A DNA stretch of 64,000 nucleotides from Candidatus Aenigmatarchaeota archaeon (GTDB lineage: Archaea > Aenigmatarchaeota > Aenigmatarchaeia > CG10238-14 > SpSt-28). The notes beneath the pieces were generated by a model. The model worked only from the letters and a program-made list of their open reading frames with translations. It was not told where the DNA came from and searched no databases. Where the stretch lies: assembly GCA_018920305.1 (NCBI GenBank), contig JAHLMO010000001.1, positions 101,926 through 165,925 of the forward strand. The letters are read 5' to 3'. The position numbers and the translations under genes are program-made. Of this stretch, positions 19,951-26,879 are shown one piece after another (position 1 is the stretch's first letter; each line of letters opens with the position of its first letter).

Positions 19951-20643
19951 ATGTGGTTAAAAAGATTAAATGCATCAAAATTTTGGAGGCAAGATCCAAA
20001 AAAATATAAATATTCCGTTAATCCCTCTTGTGGCCCTCATCCAAAAGATTATTGTATACCGCTAGCAACTATTATTAGAGATATATTAAAATACGCAGAA
20101 AATTTGAAAGAAGCTAAACAAATTATTAAACAAGGAAAAGTTCTTGTGGATCAGAGAGTTGTAACAAATTATAAGTTTCCATGCGGATTATTTGATGTAA
20201 TTTCTTTTCCAGAAATTAACGAGCACTATAGAATTACTGCAAATAAATATGGGTTGTATTTAATAAAAATAAAGGAGGATGAAGCTAGTTTAAAAATAGT
20301 TAAAGTAAAAAGAAAAACAAAAATATCCAATGATACTTATCAATTAACTTTTCATGATGGAAAAAATATTTTAACAAAAGACAATTCAATTAAAACTCAC
20401 GATAGTTTATTGATAGAATTATCTTCTTTTAAAATTTTAGATCATCTAAAAATTGAGAAAAATTCTTTAGCTTTTGTCTTTAGAGGAAACAATAGCGGAA
20501 AAACAGGTAAAATTGTTAATATAAATGAAGGAGGTTTTAATAGAGCATGGTTAGTGGAGATAGAAGCTGAAATTGAAAAAATATCTACAATAAGGGATTA
20601 TGTAATTATAGTTGGAAAAGAAAATCCTTTAATAACAATATAA
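19951..20643 (+). CDS. rps4e: Ribosomal protein S4e (eS4).
   Basis: N-terminus MWLKRLNASKFWRQDPKKYKYSVNPSCGPHPKDYCIPLATIIRDIL is characteristic of S4e. 230 aa. Confidence 0.8.
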   Translation: MWLKRLNASKFWRQDPKKYKYSVNPSCGPHPKDYCIPLATIIRDILKYAENLKEAKQIIKQGKVLVDQRVVTNYKFPCGLFDVISFPEINEHYRITANKYGLYLIKIKEDEASLKIVKVKRKTKISNDTYQLTFHDGKNILTKDNSIKTHDSLLIELSSFKILDHLKIEKNSLAFVFRGNNSGKTGKIVNINEGGFNRAWLVEIEAEIEKISTIRDYVIIVGKENPLITI

Positions 20644-20647
20644 TAAA

Positions 20648-21148
20648 ATGGAAAAAGAAAATATAATGAGAAAAAAAATATTTTTAGAGAAGGTGGTTAT
20701 AAATATAGGTTGTGGTGGTGATATGGAAAAAATAGAAAGAGCTAAAAAATTATTAGAAAAAATGTTTCCAAATAGAAAATTTGCTATTACCTATTCTAAA
20801 AAAAGATCTACATTTGGTGTTCCTAAAGGAAAACCTATAGGAGTCATGTTGACATTAAGAGGAAATGAAGCAATAGAATTTGCAAAAAAAGTTTTTAAGG
20901 CATACGAAAACAAAATTCCTTCGAGCGTTTTTGATGATTATGGAAATTTCAGTTTAGGAATTAAAAAATATATTGACTTGGGAGTTAAGTATGATCATAC
21001 TATTGGATTATTGGGTATGGATGTTTGTTTTTCGTTAAGGAGACCAGGATATAGATTAAGAGATGGAACATTTTCTAAAAAACAAAGGGTTACAAGAGAG
21101 GAGGCAATAAAATTTGTAAAAGAATTCTTTAATGTTGAGGTTGTTTAG
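20648..21148 (+). CDS. rpl5: Ribosomal protein L5 (uL5).
   Basis: 166 aa. Conserved blocks KVVINIGCGG and GVPKGKPIGVMLTLRG, and the C-terminal KYDHTIGLLGMDV. Confidence 0.8.
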   Translation: MEKENIMRKKIFLEKVVINIGCGGDMEKIERAKKLLEKMFPNRKFAITYSKKRSTFGVPKGKPIGVMLTLRGNEAIEFAKKVFKAYENKIPSSVFDDYGNFSLGIKKYIDLGVKYDHTIGLLGMDVCFSLRRPGYRLRDGTFSKKQRVTREEAIKFVKEFFNVEVV

Positions 21149-21177
21149 ATAAATTTATAGATTTCTACTTCATTATT

Positions 21178-21378
21178 ATGGGTTTTGAAGACAAAATAAT
21201 AAAAGAAGAAATAGCAGGAATAGTAAACGCTCTTTTAATGTTAAAAATAAAAATAGAAGGAAAAGTAGTTTTTGATAAAATATCAAAAAATCTAGAAAGC
21301 GTAATTTATAATGTTTTAGAAAAGGGATTTGTTGATGAACTAGATGCACTAAGTATTTTTGGATTTGTAGCATATTAA
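21178..21378 (+). CDS. Hypothetical 66-aa protein between rpl5 and rps14.
   Basis: ORF in sense with the flanking r-protein genes. It is in the position occupied by no gene in the canonical S4e-L5-S14 order. No motif recognised. Confidence 0.2.
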   Translation: MGFEDKIIKEEIAGIVNALLMLKIKIEGKVVFDKISKNLESVIYNVLEKGFVDELDALSIFGFVAY

Positions 21379-21380
21379 TT

Positions 21381-21560
21381 ATGGATTCATCATTAAGAGT
21401 TCCGTTTCAACCAAAAAAGAAAAGGACATATGGAAGAGAAAATTTTAGATGTAGAAAATGCAATTCAACAAAAGGAGTTATAAGAAAATATGGAATAATG
21501 CTTTGTAGGAAATGTTTTAGGGAAGAAGCAAAAAGATTAGGATTTGTAAGATATAATTAA
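21381..21560 (+). CDS. rps14: Ribosomal protein S14 (uS14, zinc-binding short form), absent from the ORF track.
   Basis: Hand-translated as MDSSLRVPFQPKKKRTYGRENFRCRKCNSTKGVIRKYGIMLCRKCFREEAKRLGFVRYN (59 aa). CxxC...CxxC zinc knuckle and conserved FRE motif. Canonical position after L5. Confidence 0.75.
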   Translation: MDSSLRVPFQPKKKRTYGRENFRCRKCNSTKGVIRKYGIMLCRKCFREEAKRLGFVRYN

Positions 21561-21814
21561 TCTTCTATTATAACTTTTTTCATTAGTGCATAACCGCTTA
21601 AACCTTCTCTAAATCTTACTAAAACTCTTCCCTTATTTCCATGAGCTCTTATAATTTTTCCAATCTTCTTTTTATTATTAATCTCTAAAATTACTTTTTT
21701 TCCTATTAATTTTAATGCATCTTTTCTATTATTTATTCCATCTATTTCTACAATTACTTGATTTCTGTTTTTATTATGATTGCTTAATCTAAAGTTTAAT
21801 ATTATTCCTTCCAT
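21557..21814 (-). CDS. rpl35ae: Ribosomal protein L35Ae (eL33).
   Basis: 85 aa. Conserved RAHGNKGRVLVRFREGL block. Confidence 0.75.
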   Translation of the reverse strand: MEGIILNFRLSNHNKNRNQVIVEIDGINNRKDALKLIGKKVILEINNKKKIGKIIRAHGNKGRVLVRFREGLSGYALMKKVIIED

Positions 21815-21817
21815 ATT

Positions 21818-22099
21818 TTAGATTAATCCTTTTGACTTTAATAAAGTTTCTAATCTATCTAGCTTTGAATTAATCATTTCTAAATAAATTCTTAAATTTT
21901 CAATTTTTGTTTCTATTAAAAAGAGTCTATCTTGTGGATTTTGTGAATGTGATTGAATTGGTAAGGAAATTTCTGAAAATTTTTGAGTATTTTCAGTAGG
22001 TTTTGGTAACTCAAACTCTCTAAACTCTCTAAATTCTTTGTCGATACTTTTCAATTCTTCTCTTTTTTCTTTTTTCTTGAAAATATCAAATAAAGCCAT
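21818..22099 (-). CDS. Hypothetical coiled-coil protein.
   Basis: 93 aa with heptad-like C-terminus (IENLRIYLEMINSKLDRLETLLK). No family recognised. Confidence 0.3.
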   Translation of the reverse strand: MALFDIFKKKEKREELKSIDKEFREFREFELPKPTENTQKFSEISLPIQSHSQNPQDRLFLIETKIENLRIYLEMINSKLDRLETLLKSKGLI

Positions 22100-22120
22100 A
22101 AATTATATATTAAAATATTA

Positions 22121-23350
22121 TTATTCTTTTTTTCTTTCTAAATTTTCTAAAACTTTTGCAACATCTCTAATCATTAATCTAACACTTTCTCTCAATTTAT
22201 ATACCTCTTCAAAATTTACCTTATGAATTTTACCTTCTAGTATTAAAGAATAAATTTCGTCAATTCTTTTTAATATTTCTATATAATCTGGAGAAATATA
22301 TTCATTCTTAATGAACTTTTCAATAAAGTTTCGAACTAAATTTTCTTCATTAAATTCTACATTTAATGTTTTTAGAGCTCTTTTCATCAATTCTCTTGAA
22401 ACTTCTCTAGTTTTTGAAGCAATACTTTCAATCTTTTTAATTTCCAAAACACTTAATAGTATTATCATTTTTTCTACAAATTTTTGAGCTCTTTCAATCC
22501 ATAAGTCAACCTCCTCGCCTTTTATATCTCTTATTTCTTGGTGTTCAATTTTTTTTCTTAATTCTACAATTTCTCTTATCCACTCTGCATATTCTTGTTC
22601 TACTAAATTTTTATCAACTAATTCTTTTTTAAATTCTTCATATAATTTTGATGGTGTTGGAGGAGCTTTTCCTAAAAACATTAATAGCGCTTGTGCTGAA
22701 TTAACGATTGCATAATAACAATCTTCAGCTATTTGTAATAATTTTACTGATTTTGCTCTGATAATCTTTTTTGGTGCATCTTCTATATATTTTTCTATTG
22801 CCTCTCTAGTTAATGGTATTTTTCCATTTAGCCATAAATTTTGAAAAGTTCTAAAAGTTCCATCATCTATTACTGCATATCCATCTTTTATAAAATTATA
22901 AACTATAGGATGACCACTTCTTACATAATCCCAAAATTCTGTTAGTTTATATGATGGTTGAAGCGATATTAAATTAATAATCTTTTCTTCATTAGTTACT
23001 TTATCTTTAATTTTTATTCTTGCTTCATCTATACTATTTGCAATTTTTTCTAATTCTTTATCTATTTCTTCTAGATAGTTTTCTAAAATTCCAGTTCTTA
23101 ATATATTCCCACATCTTGGACATTTGTCTATTTTATTTTCCAAATCTATTACATGTTCAAAATCTTTTTCGCAATGCTTAACTATGGTATCATCTATTAT
23201 TACTAATATATCGATATCACTTCTCTCTTTAAATTCTTCTCTTAATGAAGATCCAAATATTACAACACTTTTTATTAAATCTTTAAATTTTTCTTTAGCC
23301 AATCTCCCAAATTTTCTTGCTATTTCTATTCTTTGTTCTTTTGTTAGCAT
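22121..23350 (-). CDS. Fused minimal nucleotidyltransferase (Pol-beta superfamily) plus HEPN-like protein, with an inserted CxxC/HC zinc ribbon and a long helical C-terminal extension.
   Basis: NTase motif VVIFGSSLREEFKERSDIDILVIIDD (GS...DxD). Zn ribbon HCEKD...CPRCGN. HEPN Rx4-6H motif ELRKKIEHQEI. 409 aa. Confidence 0.55.
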   Translation of the reverse strand: MLTKEQRIEIARKFGRLAKEKFKDLIKSVVIFGSSLREEFKERSDIDILVIIDDTIVKHCEKDFEHVIDLENKIDKCPRCGNILRTGILENYLEEIDKELEKIANSIDEARIKIKDKVTNEEKIINLISLQPSYKLTEFWDYVRSGHPIVYNFIKDGYAVIDDGTFRTFQNLWLNGKIPLTREAIEKYIEDAPKKIIRAKSVKLLQIAEDCYYAIVNSAQALLMFLGKAPPTPSKLYEEFKKELVDKNLVEQEYAEWIREIVELRKKIEHQEIRDIKGEEVDLWIERAQKFVEKMIILLSVLEIKKIESIASKTREVSRELMKRALKTLNVEFNEENLVRNFIEKFIKNEYISPDYIEILKRIDEIYSLILEGKIHKVNFEEVYKLRESVRLMIRDVAKVLENLERKKE

Positions 23351-24150
23351 AGTTTAGAAAACACCTTAATAAATTCATCCGTAATTTTTATCGCTTTATC
23401 TAAGATATTTCCATCAACTTCTTTTATTTCTTTATGTTCAATTTTTTTCCACAGAAGATCAATTTCTAAATATTTATCTAAAAAATCCTTTGAAATAATG
23501 TTTTCATTAATCATTTTCTCTAAGTATTGTGGAATTGTTTTTGGATCAGGAATATAATTATATTTTTTCATAATAACGGCTTGTGCTATATCTATTACAC
23601 AATATCTTAAATCAAAAATCATTGATTTTAAATCTTCTTTTATTCTTTCAAATCTTATTATTGAATTTCTCTTTTTAAGTTCTATAGATTCTTCTGATGG
23701 TGAGATTAATCCTAAATTTAACATTCTTTGCGTTGGTTTTAAGAACCCAGAATCAAATATAATTAAGCTATATCTTAAAAAATTAACTAATTCTGGACTT
23801 CCCTTGGAAATTAAACTCCAAAAATCTGTTATTTTAGTAACTTGTACATGTAAACCAAATTCTTCTCCGCTTAATCTTATTTTAAATGATATGTTTTCGA
23901 CATCTTGTGAAGTTTTAAGAGGAGTATCATCTATTATTATCCAAACATCTATATCGCTGGTTTTTTTCATTTTTCCCTTCGCTGCGGATCCAAAAATACT
24001 TACAGATTTTATTAAATTTCCATATTCGCTAATAATTTTTTTTGTAAAGTTTATAACTTTTGGTAGAACTTCTTGCTTTAATTGTTTTTTTTGGTCTTCA
24101 GTTTTTATTTCTAGTTCTTCTAATTGTTTTTCTAGTTCTTCTATTTCCAT
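23344..24150 (-). CDS. Fused minimal nucleotidyltransferase plus degenerate HEPN-like protein, paralog of the downstream gene.
   Basis: NTase motif VSIFGSAAKGKMKKTSDIDVWIIIDD. HEPN-like block LLWKKIEHKEI where W replaces the conserved R. 268 aa. Overlaps the next gene by 7 nt. Confidence 0.55.
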   Translation of the reverse strand: MEIEELEKQLEELEIKTEDQKKQLKQEVLPKVINFTKKIISEYGNLIKSVSIFGSAAKGKMKKTSDIDVWIIIDDTPLKTSQDVENISFKIRLSGEEFGLHVQVTKITDFWSLISKGSPELVNFLRYSLIIFDSGFLKPTQRMLNLGLISPSEESIELKKRNSIIRFERIKEDLKSMIFDLRYCVIDIAQAVIMKKYNYIPDPKTIPQYLEKMINENIISKDFLDKYLEIDLLWKKIEHKEIKEVDGNILDKAIKITDEFIKVFSKLC

Positions 24151-24176
24151 AAAATAAGTAAGAATTATAATAAAAT

Positions 24177-24464
24177 ATGGAAAAAGAAAAAATATTAGAA
24201 AAACTAAAAGAAGTAATAGATCCAGAATTAGGTTTTGATATTGTTTCTTTGGGATTAATAGAAGAAATCAGTATAGAAAAAAATAAGGTAAAAATAAAAC
24301 TTTTGCCAACAACACCATTTTGTCCATATTTACCTCTTATTATAGAACTGATTGAAAATAAATTAAGGGAAATTGGATTTGAAAGCGAAGTAGAGATAGA
24401 TTTTGAAAATGTATGGAGCTTAGAGAGGGTAGATAAAGAAGTCAAAAAATCTTTAAATCTTTAA
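24177..24464 (+). CDS. DUF59/MIP18-family protein (Fe-S cluster assembly, SufT/PaaD-like).
   Basis: 95 aa. Blocks LKEVIDPELGFDIVSLGLI and TTPFCPY (conserved Cys) are typical of DUF59. Confidence 0.65.
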   Translation: MEKEKILEKLKEVIDPELGFDIVSLGLIEEISIEKNKVKIKLLPTTPFCPYLPLIIELIENKLREIGFESEVEIDFENVWSLERVDKEVKKSLNL

Positions 24465-25150
24465 TCTTCTATAGATTTTAAGATAGTTTCTGCAAATTGA
24501 TTTTCTGGTATTGCACCTTCAATATAATCTTTAATTTCATTTTCATGAATTATTACGGTCTTTGGAACTGCTAATACATCAAATTTATCAGCTAAGTTTG
24601 GAAATTGCTCAGCTTCTACAACAATTCCTCTAATTTTTTTGTTTAGAAAAGCAAATTTATGAGATGGTAAGCTCATGTATGGACAATACGGACAGCTTGA
24701 TGTAACAAAAACAAGAACATCCACTTCTTTATTTATTTTTGAGATAGTTTTAGCTAAGCTTAATGGAATAGATAATTGTTGAGATGAAATAAATTCAATT
24801 TCCTCTAAAAATACAGGAAATTCCATACCCAAAGGAAATCCAAAATGAATTATATTAGGATACTTTTTATAAAATAATATCGGACCGTTTAATTTTTTAT
24901 CTAGTTTTAAATTATATTTTTCTATAATTTCTAGTGTTTTTTTATCTTTACTATCATAAAAGTTAAATTTTAGCTTATCATTTAACTCAGAAATTTCTTT
25001 ACATAAATGCTCAGTTAAATGCGAAAATTCGAAGTTATTTTCGTAGTCCAATATCACCTCAATTTCTATTTCATTTTTTAGTTTTTCATTTAATATTCTC
25101 TTTAATTCTTCTTTTTCGTTTTTAGATAAGTGAGAATGATCCCCCATCAT
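24461..25150 (-). CDS. Thioredoxin-fold protein disulfide oxidoreductase (PDO/glutaredoxin-like).
   Basis: CPYC active site (VTSSCPYCPY) in the C-terminal thioredoxin-like unit. 229 aa is consistent with a two-unit archaeal PDO. Confidence 0.55.
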   Translation of the reverse strand: MMGDHSHLSKNEKEELKRILNEKLKNEIEIEVILDYENNFEFSHLTEHLCKEISELNDKLKFNFYDSKDKKTLEIIEKYNLKLDKKLNGPILFYKKYPNIIHFGFPLGMEFPVFLEEIEFISSQQLSIPLSLAKTISKINKEVDVLVFVTSSCPYCPYMSLPSHKFAFLNKKIRGIVVEAEQFPNLADKFDVLAVPKTVIIHENEIKDYIEGAIPENQFAETILKSIED

Positions 25151-25177
25151 ATTTATATTAAAAATATTTATATATCT

Positions 25178-26389
25178 TCATATTCCTAATAATAAAAGAA
25201 ATTTAGAATAAAAATTAGTGTAAATTAATATTGTAGAAAAAATTAAGCTGCCCATCAAGTAACTTCTTTTAACATTCAAAAAAATTGCAAATAACGAAAG
25301 AGATGTTGAAGTAAGAAGAATTATTATTCCAATATAACTCGAAAAGATAAATACAATAGTTATTATTATCAAAATTATCAAAATATTTAATATTTTAAAG
25401 TTAATTTTTTGAAAAAATTTAAATAATCTTTTATAAAAAAATATGAATAATAAACAGCCAAAAAATGTAGATAAAGAAAAAATTGATAGAATTAATATAA
25501 AAATTTCGTATGTAGGTTTTCCAAATGCTTGTTCGAGATAAACACTTAATCCACTTCTTGGATTTCCTATAGTATATGTAGAAGACGCAGAAAAAATTTC
25601 ATTTGAGAATGAAACAGCAGAATTTAATAGTAAGAACATTCTATCATTCAGTATTGGTTGAAAAATTAAAATTATTTGTGAAGTTCCTAAAGATGGTAAT
25701 AATCCGCTGATCATTCCTAAAAACAATGCCAATAAAATTCCAAAAAATAATTCTTTTTTGCTTATTTTTATTTCTACATCTTCTATTTGATTTTTTAGAA
25801 AGTTTTCTTTTTGAAATAAGTTAAGTATAGCTTGGGAAAGTGCAAAAAAACCACTAAATAGAGCTAGAACAGCTTTATTAAAATCTAGTAAATTAAATGA
25901 GATTATACCTAGGAATCCTGCTAAAATAAATATTAATAAGCTTTTTATTTTTTCTTTTTCAAAAAAGAAGATTGTATAAACCGCTATCAAAAGAATTAAT
26001 CCGATATAATCTTTTAGAGCTACAAATACTTTTGATATATAATAATTGAAAAACAAAACAAATATAATAGTAATTGGAACAATGATAACAGCTGAAATCA
26101 AATATATTTTTAGCGCTTCTAATAATAATCCTTCTTTTGCGAGTCTTTGAGAAGGTAGCGTAGATAATGATAGATCTTCTGGAGGAGATGATAGATAAAA
26201 GCTAGAGATTGCATTTCCAAAATTCTGAGAGATTGCTAAAGAAACTAAAAAAGATATTGCTAAAATTTCGTTATGAAGAAATAGAGGGATAAAAATAGGA
26301 ATTAATAAATTTTGATGTAAAGATGGTATTAATCCGCTAAAAAATCCTACTAAACTTCCAATTAAACAAAAAATTATTATTTCAATCAT
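25178..26389 (-). CDS. Polytopic membrane protein, TctA/DUF112-like internal duplication.
   Basis: Two copies of the G-x3-G-x-(I/L)P-S-L motif (GFFSGLIPSLHQN and GMISGLLPSLGTSQ) and more than 10 predicted TM helices. Confidence 0.4.
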   Translation of the reverse strand: MIEIIIFCLIGSLVGFFSGLIPSLHQNLLIPIFIPLFLHNEILAISFLVSLAISQNFGNAISSFYLSSPPEDLSLSTLPSQRLAKEGLLLEALKIYLISAVIIVPITIIFVLFFNYYISKVFVALKDYIGLILLIAVYTIFFFEKEKIKSLLIFILAGFLGIISFNLLDFNKAVLALFSGFFALSQAILNLFQKENFLKNQIEDVEIKISKKELFFGILLALFLGMISGLLPSLGTSQIILIFQPILNDRMFLLLNSAVSFSNEIFSASSTYTIGNPRSGLSVYLEQAFGKPTYEIFILILSIFSLSTFFGCLLFIFFYKRLFKFFQKINFKILNILIILIIITIVFIFSSYIGIIILLTSTSLSLFAIFLNVKRSYLMGSLIFSTILIYTNFYSKFLLLLGI

Positions 26390-26759
26390 TTATAATTTTA
26401 ATATTATTTTGGCTTTGCAATATTATTTGCAAATTTCCTCTATAAGAACTTAATGTTCCAGTTATTTTTACAGTTTTTCCTATTTCAATTTTATCTTCTA
26501 TTAGTTTAAAAATGTCTGGAAAAATTGTAATCGTAAAATTTTTTATTTCATCGGTTATAATTACGTAATTAACTCTTTCTCTTTTAATAATATCAATTAT
26601 TTTTCCAGTTACACTTATTCTTGCTCCTAAATATTCTTCACTAATTTCTGAAGGCTTTAATTCTTTTGGTTCGTAAAGATATAAGAAATATAAAAGAATG
26701 GAAATTCCAATTATAAATGAAATAAAAGAAAACATTAGTACAAAAATTTCAAAATTCAT
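26382..26759 (-). CDS. Membrane-anchored OB-fold protein.
   Basis: N-terminal TM helix, then an OB-fold-like beta pattern (RISVTGKIIDII...KTVKITGTLSSYRGNLQIIL). Overlaps the upstream membrane gene by 8 nt. Confidence 0.35.
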   Translation of the reverse strand: MNFEIFVLMFSFISFIIGISILLYFLYLYEPKELKPSEISEEYLGARISVTGKIIDIIKRERVNYVIITDEIKNFTITIFPDIFKLIEDKIEIGKTVKITGTLSSYRGNLQIILQSQNNIKIIND

Positions 26760-26789
26760 AAATTCAATTTTATATTACAAATTTTATAA

Positions 26790-26861
26790 GGGCCGGTAGC
26801 TCAGTGGAAGAGCGCTCGCTTGGCATGCGAGAGGCCGCGGGTTCGAGTCCCGCCCGGTCCA
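26790..26861 (+). tRNA. tRNA-Ala (anticodon GGC).
   Basis: Acceptor GGGCCGG/CCGGTCC with the G3:U70 alanine identity pair. Anticodon loop TTGGCAT. T-loop GGTTCGAGT. No encoded CCA. Confidence 0.85.
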
Positions 26862-26879
26862 AATTTAATAATTAAAAAA

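Noticed and set aside
21176-21373. 65-aa minus-strand ORF antisense to the 66-aa plus-strand ORF
   Set aside because: Leu/Phe-rich low-complexity translation; the plus-strand frame is in sense with the flanking r-protein genes.
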